From an archaeon (GTDB lineage: Archaea > Nanobdellota > Nanobdellia > SCGC-AAA011-G17 > PNOQ01): DNA of 64,000 nucleotides. Positions 9,362 through 20,771 of this stretch are shown piece by piece. Both the position numbers and the translations under genes were made by a program. Where the stretch lies: positions 111,756 to 175,755 of the forward strand of contig JABHIB010000008.1 in NCBI GenBank assembly GCA_018671245.1, written 5' to 3'. How positions within the stretch are numbered: position 1 is the stretch's first letter; the number at the start of each line of letters is the position of its first letter. The notes under the pieces are model-generated. The model did no database searches, was not told where the DNA came from, and was given only the letters and a program-made list of their open reading frames with translations.

Positions 9362-10569
9362 GAAACTGAAGGGATAGTTATGTCCCCTCCAGGACCAGGC
9401 ATAGAAGAAATACCATTTACCTCATAATTATACGAACTTATTAAATCGCCATCTTCACCATATAATTCAATATCGACAATCTCTCCCTCATTTCCTGGAT
9501 TTTTTATAATATATGTTTCTTTAAAATCAAAAATATGTAAAATTCCAAATTCTTTTGTTTCTGTAAAAAGTTTAGTAGAATCTCCAACTTTAACTCTACT
9601 CTCTCCCTTGCTGCCATTAACAACAAGTTTCAACAAATCACTATCCTCAACAAGACTATTGTCCCCATCAGAAAAACCATAGCTCTCTTCAACACTATCA
9701 ATTGTACAATTCTCACCTTCACAACTAATATCTACAATCAAAACAGATCCTGGTTCAATTGGATTATTTTCCAAGGTAGGACCTGTACTACTTAATAAAA
9801 ATTGTTCCAGAATATATTCATCAAATACACCGTAAGTTTTTCCGCCCCTAATCCAATAATCTCTCATAATTCCTTCTTTTGTAGCTCTAGAATACTGAAA
9901 ATTTGTACAACCTTGTATACAATCTGTACCTTCGACTCCCTCAAACTTAGGACAAAGTTCAAGTTTAGAATCACAGTTAGGTGCATCCCACCAGATTTTT
10001 GAACCTTCTTCAGTATATTCTTCTGCAAAATCTCCAAACGCATGTCCTGCCTCATGAGCTAAAACTAACTTATCATCTGCAGTATTTATTGCCATAACTT
10101 TTTGATAATAACTAGACCTTAGCCAGTATGCCAAAGTTTCTTTCCCTTCAATATCTGTCAAAACGACAAAATAATCATGGGGACAGATTGAAGAAGCCCT
10201 CATGACCTTTCCAGTATTACAAAGAATATATCCTTCATTCCATTCGCAACCGTAATCACCAAAGGTTTCTACTCTGAAAAAATTAAATCGGCCAGTATAA
10301 CTTGAATAAGGTTCTACTGACATTAACGCATCAGACCACACATAAGTATCACTAATGAATTCATCAACAGAATCATAATTTGCACCAAGGAAAACAATAT
10401 CTATAGAGTTATCAGAATCACCATTGTCATTCACAACAACACACCCAGGCATAGGTTCTGTAGGTGCGCGAACAAGGCCCCCCCTGTCCCAAAACATAAA
10501 GAAAGTTAAAGTGAGTATACAAATAACTAAAATGACAAATAACCACATATAGGATTTATGTTTAAACAT
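9358..10569 (-). CDS. membrane-anchored secreted zinc metallopeptidase (HExxH)
   Basis: N-terminal TM/signal anchor and a Cys-rich extracellular region. The only HExxH is LAHEAGHAFGDFAEEY. Confidence 0.5.
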   Translation of the reverse strand: MFKHKSYMWLFVILVICILTLTFFMFWDRGGLVRAPTEPMPGCVVVNDNGDSDNSIDIVFLGANYDSVDEFISDTYVWSDALMSVEPYSSYTGRFNFFRVETFGDYGCEWNEGYILCNTGKVMRASSICPHDYFVVLTDIEGKETLAYWLRSSYYQKVMAINTADDKLVLAHEAGHAFGDFAEEYTEEGSKIWWDAPNCDSKLELCPKFEGVEGTDCIQGCTNFQYSRATKEGIMRDYWIRGGKTYGVFDEYILEQFLLSSTGPTLENNPIEPGSVLIVDISCEGENCTIDSVEESYGFSDGDNSLVEDSDLLKLVVNGSKGESRVKVGDSTKLFTETKEFGILHIFDFKETYIIKNPGNEGEIVDIELYGEDGDLISSYNYEVNGISSMPGPGGDITIPSVS

Positions 10570-10601
10570 AATTCAAAACATAAGATTACACATATATAAA
10601 T

Positions 10602-11129
10602 TTATTTATTAAATTTCTCAATAATAGAATAAATTGGACCATCCTTAGTTAATTTGCTTTCCATTAGTCTGAATTGTTTGATCTCAAATTTGAAGGGCCA
10701 TACATTTACATTTTTCAAAAAATCCATAAACTCTTTTTCTTTTTTAACAAGTTTTACCCTACCCAGAGTTATATGTGATGAAAACTTTTGATCACTATCA
10801 AATAGATCTAACAACTCTTCATCCACTTTTTGTTGTAACCCTACTACTTTGTCCATGGGAGAAATACCACACAATAAACTTTTTGAATTATTAGAAATTT
10901 CGAAACCTGATAAATTTGCACTAAACTGTTCAAAATTTACAGATTTTAATCTATCTTTAATTTTTTTGAGATCTTCGACCTCTACCTCTCCGAGAAATTT
11001 TAAACTTAAATGTAAATTTTTTTTACTAACCCATTTAATTTTAGCAAGATTTGGACTAAAACTTTTTTGTAACTTATATAATTCATCCCTTATCTCTTGA
11101 GGCAAATCTACAGCAACAAACAATCTCAT
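10602..11129 (-). CDS. thpR: RNA 2',3'-cyclic phosphodiesterase / 2'-5' RNA ligase (2H phosphoesterase)
   Basis: Two HxT/S motifs, HLSLKFLG and HITLGRV, in a 175-aa protein starting MRLFVAVDLP. Confidence 0.7.
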   Translation of the reverse strand: MRLFVAVDLPQEIRDELYKLQKSFSPNLAKIKWVSKKNLHLSLKFLGEVEVEDLKKIKDRLKSVNFEQFSANLSGFEISNNSKSLLCGISPMDKVVGLQQKVDEELLDLFDSDQKFSSHITLGRVKLVKKEKEFMDFLKNVNVWPFKFEIKQFRLMESKLTKDGPIYSIIEKFNK

Positions 11130-11227
11130 TTTTTAAATTGATCCCGATACTTACTCTCTCCAAACAAAACCCAGTAAAGTGCAAATAATCCTATAATAGA
11201 CAAAAGGAACAATAAACCGTCACTCAT

Positions 11228-12340
11228 TTAACCTACCATCCCTAAATGTGCACTACTATCATCCATTTGGACTAATTTGTCTACAGCCATTAAAAAATCT
11301 TCTTGTTTTACATATTTTCTCTTTTCTCGAATAGCAAAATAACCTGCCTCAGTACATAAGGATTTAATTTCAGCACCAGAAAAACCCTCTATCATTTTAT
11401 CTATATCTTCATAATATACTTTTTTTAATTTCATATTTTTAGAATGAATATTGAAGATTTCAGATCTTCCAAATTTATCAGGTAATGGAACTTCAATTAA
11501 TCTATCGAATCTTCCAGGTCTCAAAATTGCAGGATCTAAAATATCAAATCTATTTGTTGCACCTATAATCTTAACATCTCCAAGATTATCAAATCCATCT
11601 ATCTCAGCCAATAACTGCATAAGAGTTCTCTGAACCTCTCTTTCTCCAGACATTCCACTATCTAGTCTTTCTGAAGCAATTGCATCTATCTCATCAATAA
11701 AGATGATAGAAGGACTTCTTTCTTTGGCCAACTTAAACATATCTCTAACTAACTTGGCACCATCACCTATAAATTTCTGAACCAGTTCAGACCCTACCAC
11801 TTCAATGAAACTTGAATTAGTACTAGAAGCTATAGCTTTTGCAAGAAGAGTTTTGCCAGTACCACTAGAACCATATAATAATACTCCTTTTGGAGGAACT
11901 ATTCCGATATCATTAAACAATTTTGGATTTTTAAGTGGGAGTTCGACAACCTCTTGTATTTCTCTAATTTGTTCATTCAATCCACCAATCTTACTCCACA
12001 AAATATTAGGACTTTCGATCTTGATAAAATCTTCAACAGCAAAATGTTTAGAACTGCCAACCTTTTCAACTATATTCAAAGTTTTTTGTTCTGCCAACAC
12101 ACTATCTCCAGGTTTAAGAGTTCCCCTAACACTACTAAAAACATTTACTAAAAATTTATTTCCATTAGATAATCTAATTACTACCTTATCCCCCATGATA
12201 TTTACCACATCACAGATTAATAACGGAGGATTTCTGAATTTATTTAACTCAGATCTTAAATGAACAACAGTTTCACGCAACTTATGATTATCGTCAGTCA
12301 AAGAACTATCTAACACCCTCTTTTTTTTAGAAAATTTCAT
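11228..12340 (-). CDS. pan: proteasome-activating nucleotidase (PAN, AAA ATPase)
   Basis: N-terminal coiled coil, an OB segment, Walker A GSSGTGKT, Walker [11 protein letters not shown], and a C-terminal hydrophobic tail. Confidence 0.8.
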   Translation of the reverse strand: MKFSKKKRVLDSSLTDDNHKLRETVVHLRSELNKFRNPPLLICDVVNIMGDKVVIRLSNGNKFLVNVFSSVRGTLKPGDSVLAEQKTLNIVEKVGSSKHFAVEDFIKIESPNILWSKIGGLNEQIREIQEVVELPLKNPKLFNDIGIVPPKGVLLYGSSGTGKTLLAKAIASSTNSSFIEVVGSELVQKFIGDGAKLVRDMFKLAKERSPSIIFIDEIDAIASERLDSGMSGEREVQRTLMQLLAEIDGFDNLGDVKIIGATNRFDILDPAILRPGRFDRLIEVPLPDKFGRSEIFNIHSKNMKLKKVYYEDIDKMIEGFSGAEIKSLCTEAGYFAIREKRKYVKQEDFLMAVDKLVQMDDSSAHLGMVG

Positions 12341-12393
12341 TAGATATGTGAAATTAAAATACTTTATAAATTTTTATCTTCTAACAAAAGTAT

Positions 12394-12741
12394 ATGGAAG
12401 AAAAAACTTTACTTAAACTATCAATAATTTGTACAATTGTAGGCATTTTCTTAATAATGTTTATATCTGAAAGAGTCGATATTTCTGAATCTAATATTTC
12501 AGATATTTCAAAAAAAGATATAGATAAAAAAATAAAAGTTAAGGGAGAAGTTTATTCTGTAACAAACACGCCAGGATTATTAATTCTTGGTTTAAAGGAC
12601 ACTACTGGGAACATTACAATAATTGCATTTAAAGAAGAAGATATAGAATTAAAAAAAGGTAGTATTATAGAGGTTTATGGAACTATAATGGAATATAAAA
12701 ATATGTTAGAGATTGAAGCAGAACTCATAAAATTATTTTAG
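12394..12741 (+). CDS. membrane-anchored OB-fold domain protein
   Basis: One N-terminal TM followed by an OB-like segment (KVKGEVYSV...GNITIIAFKEE...IEVYGTIMEY). Confidence 0.45.
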   Translation: MEEKTLLKLSIICTIVGIFLIMFISERVDISESNISDISKKDIDKKIKVKGEVYSVTNTPGLLILGLKDTTGNITIIAFKEEDIELKKGSIIEVYGTIMEYKNMLEIEAELIKLF

Positions 12742-12750
12742 GCCTTAATA

Positions 12751-13134
12751 TTAAAAAATACCTAAAAACTTTTTATTCTCTACTTTTTTTCTCAACTCAG
12801 TTTCATTCAATAGCTTCTGTTCTAAAACACCAAGACTATCTCTTAAACTTGAAACTGTAGAATCCAATCCTTCAATAGTAGATTCATATTCTTTTAATTT
12901 TATAGAATATTCAATTGAACTTTCTTCAAAATCTTGTTTGAGAATACTATATTCAGCATTACAATCTTTTAATTCAGTTTGTCCTGCAGCATATGACTCC
13001 ATTAATTCCAGATAATCAGAATAAGGTTCAACATTTGCAGAATTATCAAGTTTAGTACCTGCAATAAGAGGTAATGCTATCCCTCCAGCTATAATATAAG
13101 GTATAATTGTTTTTGTTATTGTTTTAAATTTCAT
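12751..13134 (-). CDS. hypothetical signal-anchored coiled-coil protein
   Basis: N-terminal hydrophobic segment followed by an E/L-rich coiled coil. Confidence 0.3.
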   Translation of the reverse strand: MKFKTITKTIIPYIIAGGIALPLIAGTKLDNSANVEPYSDYLELMESYAAGQTELKDCNAEYSILKQDFEESSIEYSIKLKEYESTIEGLDSTVSSLRDSLGVLEQKLLNETELRKKVENKKFLGIF

Positions 13135-13268
13135 TTGTATTTCCCCCGACTCACATCAGTGTTCAGTCAAATCACTACTAAATGGTGATTAAGGTGATAT
13201 ATAAAGCTTATCATTAGATATATTATAGTTCAATTACCTTTTTATTTCCATATATATCTCCAGATTAT

Positions 13269-14474
13269 ATGTTAATAGAAATAATATTAGTAATATTAAT
13301 AGGTATCCTTGCAGGAATATTCACAGGTCTTATTCCCGGGATACATATAAACTTGATTGCCTTATTAATTCTAAGTTCAGCTCCAGCATTACTATCAGTT
13401 ACTTCACCCTTAATGATATCAATTTTTATTATTTCTATGTCAATCACTCATACATTTCTTGACACGATACCCTCAGTGTTTTTAGGAGCTCCAGAATCAA
13501 GCACTGCACTATCTGTACTGCCAGGACACAAATTATTACTTCAAGGAAAAGGTTATGAAGCAGTAATGTTGACATTAATTGGAAGTTTTTTGGCATTAAT
13601 TTTGGCAATATGTTTGGCCCCATTAATATCAATAATCATTTTAACAATATATTCGACTCTAAAAAAATGGATGGCACTAATTCTGATAACTTCATCAGCA
13701 TTCTTGATATTGAAAGAAAGAAAATCAAAAATGTGGGCACTAATCATATTTTTAACATCAGGTGTATTAGGTATAACTACCTTAAATTTTGCAAACTTAA
13801 CAAACCCCTTATTTCCTTTATTATCTGGATTATTTGGAACAAGTACATTAATAATAAGTTTATCTGAAAAAACAAAGATACCTATTCAAAAAATAACCTT
13901 TCCAATCATCAGTAAGAATGAATTATCAAAAGTAATGAGTTGTTCACTGCTTGCAGGAGGATTATGTTCTTTTCTTCCAGGACTAGGGCCTGCACAAGCA
14001 GCAATAATTGGATCATCTTTCTACAAGAAGATAACAGATAGAGGATTTTTAATATTGGTAGGAAGTTTGAATACGTTGAATATGGTACTAAGTTTTTTAG
14101 CACTATACATAATAGATAAAGCGAGAAATGGTGCAGTAATAACAATTTCAAAAATAATGGAGAAGATCACCATAAATGAATTAATCATCTTTTTTGGAGT
14201 CTCACTTGTAGTTGGTAGCATTGCAACAGTATTAACAATAAAGATAGCAAAAATATTTGCAAACATCATGTCAAAAATAAATTATCAAAAATTGATAATT
14301 TCAGTCATCTCACTAATTGTATTGATGGTATTTATTATATCTAGCCAGTTTACTGGATTATTAATACTATTAATTTCTACGTTTACTGGAATGTTACCTG
14401 TTAAATTAGGAATAGGAAGAAATCATTTAATGGGATGTTTATTATTGCCAGTAATTCTTTATTTCATACTCTGA
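13269..14474 (+). CDS. TctA/DUF112-like polytopic membrane protein
   Basis: 401 aa with about 10 TM helices. The N-terminal GILAGIFTGLIPGIH is reminiscent of TctA-family N-termini. Confidence 0.4.
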   Translation: MLIEIILVILIGILAGIFTGLIPGIHINLIALLILSSAPALLSVTSPLMISIFIISMSITHTFLDTIPSVFLGAPESSTALSVLPGHKLLLQGKGYEAVMLTLIGSFLALILAICLAPLISIIILTIYSTLKKWMALILITSSAFLILKERKSKMWALIIFLTSGVLGITTLNFANLTNPLFPLLSGLFGTSTLIISLSEKTKIPIQKITFPIISKNELSKVMSCSLLAGGLCSFLPGLGPAQAAIIGSSFYKKITDRGFLILVGSLNTLNMVLSFLALYIIDKARNGAVITISKIMEKITINELIIFFGVSLVVGSIATVLTIKIAKIFANIMSKINYQKLIISVISLIVLMVFIISSQFTGLLILLISTFTGMLPVKLGIGRNHLMGCLLLPVILYFIL

Positions 14475-14476
14475 TT

Positions 14477-17400
14477 TTAAGTTTCAAACCATGTACTAAG
14501 GCCTTCTTGTTTTTCTGGATCTTTCCCAAAAACACTATCTATTCTATTCTTTGTTAGATTTAATGTTTGTTTTAAATAATCGGGTAAATTATATTTTTCT
14601 GCCAATCCTAAAGAAGGTGCTAAATACTTCTTAACAGAACCTTCCGAAATAGTGAAAATTATTTTACCACCACATTTAGAACATTTTCCAATCAGAGGAG
14701 GTCTCCTATATTTCTCATTGCATCCAACACATCTAAATTTTTGCATAGAAAATTTCCTAAGATTACCCTTTATATCTCTAATAAAATGTTTTTCTATTAC
14801 TAATCCAGCAACATCTGATGCCTTGACAGCTCTTATCTTTTCAGCCAGAAACATCTGACCAAGAACTTTATCTTGCATAGTAGGCAATGATTTGTAAGCA
14901 CTGAAAACCACACCATTATTTATTGAAGAAGTATTATGAGTGTACCAATATTTTTCAAACTGTTTTTCAGTTTCAAGATTATCTGCAAGTTGTTCTATTT
15001 TTATTTCATGTGGCATTTTATAATTCATGCAAGCTTCATAAAACTCAAGCGGATATTCAGAAACCATATCCATATCAAAAACCATATCATCTACTTCAGT
15101 TGGAATTAATTTTGAAGTCAATACTAATGGTGCATCTTGAGTAGAACCTCTTCTTTGAGGTAAAAAATGTTTGGAGAAATTAATTAATCCATCCATCAAC
15201 AGCATTACTCCATTCTCATCGCCATCACAATCTCTTCTTTGAGCACTATGCCATAAAGGATGTGCATAACATCCTAAAGTATTAGAAAACCCAATTATTC
15301 TTCCAACAATTCCTGCAGAAGTATGAGGTGCAAGACTTATAATGAGGTGACCGACTAAGTCTTCTTTAGATTTTAAATTATAGAATTTATCACAATCATA
15401 AAATTTTTCTAACAAATCGTCTATGAAATTAGCAATTCTAAAAAATACAACATCTGCACATTCTTCAGAAGAAACATCACAAGCAGGAAGAATCACATCT
15501 TGAGGTTTTATCTCAATAATCTGTTCATGATCGTTCAATTGATCGCCATATATATCGACATCATAACCTATTTCTTTTAATTTTTCAATACTAGTGCCTA
15601 TCTCTGAAGGTTTGAAATGAGTTATCGGAAGTTCAGTCATATCATATCTGATAGTACCATCCTTATTTACAAATAGATTATGGATGGATCTCAAAATACC
15701 TTTAGTTAAATTCTCAGGAATACAAGTATTAGTCGATAATTCGCGAACACCCTTTACCAAAGAAGGCATAGAATTTAATGATAGTTTTTTTCTAACCTCT
15801 CCATAATATTCGTGTATATTTATTTTCTTTTTTTGATAAGCTTTTAATGGGATTTCATGAGCCTTGCAAAACTCAGAATCATAAAGTTTATCACATTGCC
15901 AACAATAATATTTTTTTTCAGTTTTTGAACCACATTTATGACAATTCAAATAAACAGATTCAGAATTACAAGTAGTACAAAAAAAAGATGGAAATTTAGA
16001 TTTGATACTTCCTATTTCTAAAGCAGACTCAAAACTTTTTAATCTGCCACCTTCTTCTCCGACAGGAAATAATACATGGGGACTTCCAAGCATTTTACGC
16101 ATTTTTGCTTTTTCTGGCCTCCCCATCCTAGCACCTATGATCATACCAGTTTTATCTCTTAATTTAATACTAATGATATTATTTAATATTTCAAGAATAT
16201 TTTTCGTTCCAGAAACTTTTTCAATAAGTTTTTTTAAACTATCTTCATTTTCTTCAAGACCTAAACTAACTAAAAAAGAAACTGCCCAATCTCCTTCAAT
16301 GACTATATGTTCTTTAGTTACATATTTATGAGGAACACCTAAAATTTCTAGTATACCTTTAGCATCAAATTCATCTTCAACATTAAACACAGGAAATATT
16401 ATTTTTTTATCTGCCCTATTAATTACAGATTTTGTAAGCCAATCTAATAAATATAAAAATTGTTTTTGATCTAAATCATTCCAATGAAATGTATATTTTG
16501 GATGAAGAGGTATATTCAAAGTTTTGGATAATTTTATCGCATCAGATGCATCTATTTTAGATTTTATAGGATCATTAAATAATCTTTTTATAAGAGGAAT
16601 ATCTACACCAGATATTTCAGATATCTTTTCGGAACTAATTTCTTTTTTTCGTAATTCTTTTACCCACCATTCCTCACAATATCCTGGAGGGACCAAAGGG
16701 TGTGCCCTATTAAAAAAATCACCATAACTAATTAGGATATCTCCAAGAAAAAGAATTTTATCTATATCTTTTTTAAATTTATCAAAATCTTCAAGAGTTT
16801 CTAAAAAAAGGACCTCCCCACTTTTCAACTTAACAATTGGACCTTCAATACTATCACAAGATCCTAGGGCAGTCCCCTTCCCAGGACGTTCCATCTTTAA
16901 TTGGGTTCCAACACCTATAAAATCATCCAGAACTTTCATAGTCACAGGATGTATTGCTGCAGAACTTAGTCCAGTATTTCTTCCACGACCATATCTTAAT
17001 CTAAATCCACCATACTGTCCAGGATAAGTTAAAACTGGTCTCCCTGCAGCAAGATCTTTAATAAAAGTATAATCTGCAGAAATAATAGAATCTCCTTTAC
17101 TATCTTCTTTTTTACCAGATTTAATCTTTTTTTGTAATTTGACAAATTCATAAATGAACTCCCAGTCATCCATCTCAAAATCTTTACCCCACCTAGAGAG
17201 TTGTGCAGAAACTTTTGCAGCTTTTTGAGCTAAACATTCGCCCATAACCAAACAAAAACCTCCCCTAACTCTATTTGTTTCTATTCTAGGCAAATCCTTA
17301 TAATTTGAAACTTCTATTTCTTCAGTTGGATCCCCATCTATCTGTATAGGTATTTTACTTGCAAAAAACTCAGTTTCTTCGGCAGAAGGAAAATATTGAA

Positions 17401-18028
17401 GATTAGTTACCCTTTCATGATAATCTCTTAATTCTGTAGAAGCCCTTTTTATTTCATTTGCACTAGGATCATAAGTAGAATATCCTAATTTTTTTCGAAT
17501 ATAATCTGCAAGCAGAACACATACAGATGCAGCAGTACCTCCTGCACTCCTAACAGGTCCAGAAAAATGTAAACAAAAATACTCTTTCGAATCATCTTTT
17601 CTTTTATTCAAAGTTAATTCTGTGAATCCCTCTACTGGACTAGCAACAACACCAACAGTAACATAAGCAAAACCGATCCTTATCCCTGTTTCAATAGCTT
17701 TGATTTTATTTTCAAATTTACAAAATTTTTCTTCAGCAACTTCCAAAGAGATAGAAAATGCGACTCTCCAATCCAATTTACCATACTCTTTTTCAAGTTC
17801 GAGTATCCTCTCAGGGATACCCTTATTTATTATTTCAGGAGCAAGAATACTAACTAACTTCTCTACCCTCTCAGCCAGATTCTTAGCAACAGGTATTTCA
17901 ACAATATTAGTTGGATCATATCCTCTTTTTTTTGCTTTTCCAGCAAGATCATATGCATGATGGAGATATTTATCAATATATTCAAAATATTGTTTTATAC
18001 TATCACTTTTTGCAAGTTCATTCCCCAA
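14477..18028 (-). CDS. dp2: DNA polymerase II (PolD) large subunit DP2
   Basis: 1183 aa. The N-terminus (YFEYIDKYL...GYDPTNIVEIPVAKNLAERVE) matches conserved DP2 starts. Internal Cys clusters and a C-terminal zinc finger (CVGCNEKY...CSKCGG) are present. It overlaps DP1 by 11 nt. Confidence 0.9.
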   Translation of the reverse strand: MGNELAKSDSIKQYFEYIDKYLHHAYDLAGKAKKRGYDPTNIVEIPVAKNLAERVEKLVSILAPEIINKGIPERILELEKEYGKLDWRVAFSISLEVAEEKFCKFENKIKAIETGIRIGFAYVTVGVVASPVEGFTELTLNKRKDDSKEYFCLHFSGPVRSAGGTAASVCVLLADYIRKKLGYSTYDPSANEIKRASTELRDYHERVTNLQYFPSAEETEFFASKIPIQIDGDPTEEIEVSNYKDLPRIETNRVRGGFCLVMGECLAQKAAKVSAQLSRWGKDFEMDDWEFIYEFVKLQKKIKSGKKEDSKGDSIISADYTFIKDLAAGRPVLTYPGQYGGFRLRYGRGRNTGLSSAAIHPVTMKVLDDFIGVGTQLKMERPGKGTALGSCDSIEGPIVKLKSGEVLFLETLEDFDKFKKDIDKILFLGDILISYGDFFNRAHPLVPPGYCEEWWVKELRKKEISSEKISEISGVDIPLIKRLFNDPIKSKIDASDAIKLSKTLNIPLHPKYTFHWNDLDQKQFLYLLDWLTKSVINRADKKIIFPVFNVEDEFDAKGILEILGVPHKYVTKEHIVIEGDWAVSFLVSLGLEENEDSLKKLIEKVSGTKNILEILNNIISIKLRDKTGMIIGARMGRPEKAKMRKMLGSPHVLFPVGEEGGRLKSFESALEIGSIKSKFPSFFCTTCNSESVYLNCHKCGSKTEKKYYCWQCDKLYDSEFCKAHEIPLKAYQKKKINIHEYYGEVRKKLSLNSMPSLVKGVRELSTNTCIPENLTKGILRSIHNLFVNKDGTIRYDMTELPITHFKPSEIGTSIEKLKEIGYDVDIYGDQLNDHEQIIEIKPQDVILPACDVSSEECADVVFFRIANFIDDLLEKFYDCDKFYNLKSKEDLVGHLIISLAPHTSAGIVGRIIGFSNTLGCYAHPLWHSAQRRDCDGDENGVMLLMDGLINFSKHFLPQRRGSTQDAPLVLTSKLIPTEVDDMVFDMDMVSEYPLEFYEACMNYKMPHEIKIEQLADNLETEKQFEKYWYTHNTSSINNGVVFSAYKSLPTMQDKVLGQMFLAEKIRAVKASDVAGLVIEKHFIRDIKGNLRKFSMQKFRCVGCNEKYRRPPLIGKCSKCGGKIIFTISEGSVKKYLAPSLGLAEKYNLPDYLKQTLNLTKNRIDSVFGKDPEKQEGLSTWFET

Positions 18029-19511
18029 AATTCATCACCTTTATTTCTCTTGTTTTCAAATTAACCAATTGTACTTTAGAAGGTTCTGGTTTATGACCTA
18101 CTTTTTCTTGAAAAGGAGTTTTAGATTGCCAACAGCTACCACAAATATTAGTAACCTTGCCATATTGATTAATAGCAGGTTTATGGACATGTCCAGCAAG
18201 AAAGAAATCTGGGACTTTAGTTATAGTTAAAAAATCATCATCTGGATCAGGAATAAATAAAGTTGAACCATGAGATGGTGCCAAATGCCTCTTTTGTAAA
18301 AGATATTTCATAACGAGGTCAGGTCGATCATATCCCCCATTATTTCTTATAATTCCAACATTGTTGATATAATAATCAAAACTATATCCATGATATAATA
18401 ATACATCAAAACCTTCAAAACCTTCTGATGCGTGAATATTGACAAAAGAAGGATTTGTAACAGATATAACATTAGGTAATTTTAATATAGTTTTTATGTA
18501 ATCTTTATCCAATATAGGTTGAGGTTCTGCAATCCTAACGGCATCGTGATTTCCAGGACAAATAATAATTTTAACATCTTTTCTTATCATACTTATTAAT
18601 TCTCCAAACTTGTCATATTGTTTGAATATGTCTTTTATATTTAATTCGTCATCTTGATTAGGATATATCCCTACACCATCCACAAGATCTCCGACAACAA
18701 ATAAGTATTTTACCTTTAAAGCAACATTTTTTTGTTCTGAATTACCTACGGTGCCATTAATCCATTTGATAAATTTTAAAAAATCATTTTCTAAAAACAT
18801 AGTAGACCCTACATGAACATCAGAGATTACCGCAAGATATATCTCTTCATCACATTTTTTCAAAACATCATTTTTTGGTACATCTGGAAAGTATAAATCA
18901 TCAGCAAAAACTACTTTATTGCCAGTAGAACCATTTATCCCTATTATTTCATCCAGACATAAATTGTTTGCATCTTCAAATAAAGGAATTTTATCTTTAG
19001 TAATTATTACTTTGATTGATCCTGTAAGGTCTTCAAGAGTTAGTATCATATTTTTATTTTTAGTTATATTTTTACTAGAAACATACCCTATCAAAGAAAC
19101 AGATTCTCTCTGCCTTTTATTTAAAATTTTATGAATAGAAATTGAATTTTCTAAACCTCTTTTAGATTGTAAGATTTTGCTGATTAAATTGAATCTTTTC
19201 TTATAATGTTGAGTAAAATCACTAACTTCTTTCTTTTTTGTAACTTCTGCATATTCTTTAGTGATAACAACAGGATAATCAGAATTATCAATATTTGGAA
19301 TAATAAGATCTTCTTCTTTTTCTAGATATAAAGATTTGTAAATTGAATTATTTAAGATTAATGAATTAGTCGAATATTTAGAAAAATCTTCAAAAAGATT
19401 ATTCAATTCTTCCATATTTTCACTATCTAAATTTTCCGATAAATCAGGATTCAATAAAATTCCTTTTTTCAGAAAAAAGTGAACAGTTTCTGATTTCATA
19501 AATTTAACCAA
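18018..19511 (-). CDS. dp1: DNA polymerase II (PolD) small subunit DP1 (calcineurin-like phosphoesterase)
   Basis: Phosphoesterase motifs ISDVHVGS, GDLVD and GNHD. 497 aa. Overlaps cdc6 by 16 nt. Confidence 0.9.
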   Translation of the reverse strand: MVKFMKSETVHFFLKKGILLNPDLSENLDSENMEELNNLFEDFSKYSTNSLILNNSIYKSLYLEKEEDLIIPNIDNSDYPVVITKEYAEVTKKKEVSDFTQHYKKRFNLISKILQSKRGLENSISIHKILNKRQRESVSLIGYVSSKNITKNKNMILTLEDLTGSIKVIITKDKIPLFEDANNLCLDEIIGINGSTGNKVVFADDLYFPDVPKNDVLKKCDEEIYLAVISDVHVGSTMFLENDFLKFIKWINGTVGNSEQKNVALKVKYLFVVGDLVDGVGIYPNQDDELNIKDIFKQYDKFGELISMIRKDVKIIICPGNHDAVRIAEPQPILDKDYIKTILKLPNVISVTNPSFVNIHASEGFEGFDVLLYHGYSFDYYINNVGIIRNNGGYDRPDLVMKYLLQKRHLAPSHGSTLFIPDPDDDFLTITKVPDFFLAGHVHKPAINQYGKVTNICGSCWQSKTPFQEKVGHKPEPSKVQLVNLKTREIKVMNFGE

Positions 19512-20686
19512 TTTTTTAATTTTTCAATTATATTTGAAATACTAGTAGAAGGGAGATTCATCACAATTTCTTTTTTCCTACCATATCTACCTTTACTAAT
19601 AACCTTTGTTCTTATAATTCCTAACATATCTAATTCTTCAATTAAATCTGATAATCTCCTATGAGTTAGAGGTTTTAATCCACATTTATTACAAATATCT
19701 TGATATTCTTCCGAAACATCACTGGTGTAAAATTTATCACTTTTTTTAAACAAATTAAAAATAGCTAGAAGAGTTATTTGTGATTGTTTTGGTAATGTCT
19801 TTATAGCATCAACAACTATTTCTTTATCTATTTTTTCTTCAGCATCATCAACATGTTTTAATAAAACTTTAGAGGCATCTTCCCTTTCTGCAAGTTCACC
19901 AGAGATTCTTAATAAATCTAAAGCCCTTCTAGCATCTCCATGTTCTCTAGCTGCTAGAGCAGCACATTTCTCAACAACACCATTACCCAGACACCCTTCT
20001 TTAAATGCAAATTTTGATCTTTGTTCTAAAATATCCTTTAATTGAATCGCATTATAGGGTGGAAAGTTCATTTCTTCTTCTGTTAATGAAGATTTAACTC
20101 TAGGATCAAGATCACTAGTAAACCTAAGATCGTTAGAGATACCAACAAAACAAACTTGAGCATTTTCTAATTCCTGATTGATTCTAGTTAGATTATATAA
20201 TAATTCGTCACCTTGTTTTTTCACTATTTGATCAATTTCGTCAAGAAGGAGTATAATTAACCTTTCTTTTGTATCTATCCTATTGAATAATTTTTTATAA
20301 ATCTCATTTCTAGGTAATCCTGTAAATGGAACATCTTCACCCAATTCTCTAGCTAAATGTGCTACCAAACGATATTCTGTATCTGCAACATTTTTTAATT
20401 TACAATTAACATAGAATATATCTAAAGGTACATTTTTAATTTCTGCAACTTTTTTAAGATCTTGGGCTACATTTAATGCAGATAAAGTTTTTCCAGTACC
20501 AGTTTTACCATATAAAAATATATTTGAAGGTTTTTCCAACCTAAGAGCAGGTGCTAATATTCGAGATAATTCTTGTATTTGTTCTTCTCTATGAGGTATA
20601 TTATTAGGAGTATGATTGATTTGTAATATATTCTTTTTGTCAAATAATCTTTCTTTATCAAGATACGATTCAAAATAATTTTTCAT
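19496..20686 (-). CDS. cdc6: Orc1/Cdc6 replication initiator
   Basis: AAA+ Walker A LYGKTGTGKT, Walker B LLLDEID and a C-terminal winged helix. First gene of the cdc6-dp1-dp2 operon. Confidence 0.9.
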   Translation of the reverse strand: MKNYFESYLDKERLFDKKNILQINHTPNNIPHREEQIQELSRILAPALRLEKPSNIFLYGKTGTGKTLSALNVAQDLKKVAEIKNVPLDIFYVNCKLKNVADTEYRLVAHLARELGEDVPFTGLPRNEIYKKLFNRIDTKERLIILLLDEIDQIVKKQGDELLYNLTRINQELENAQVCFVGISNDLRFTSDLDPRVKSSLTEEEMNFPPYNAIQLKDILEQRSKFAFKEGCLGNGVVEKCAALAAREHGDARRALDLLRISGELAEREDASKVLLKHVDDAEEKIDKEIVVDAIKTLPKQSQITLLAIFNLFKKSDKFYTSDVSEEYQDICNKCGLKPLTHRRLSDLIEELDMLGIIRTKVISKGRYGRKKEIVMNLPSTSISNIIEKLKNWLNL

Positions 20687-20771
20687 ATTATATTAACCTC
20701 ATTTTTTATTACACAATCAAACAAGTTATTTAAAGATTATTATAATAAAATATTCACACCAGGACCCTTAT

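Noticed and set aside
11805-12263. 152-aa ORF antisense to pan (similar antisense ORFs lie inside dp2, lonB, cdc48, the giant secreted gene, topA and other large genes)
   Set aside because: All lie entirely within strongly supported genes on the opposite strand and have biased, motif-free composition. They are treated as frame shadows.
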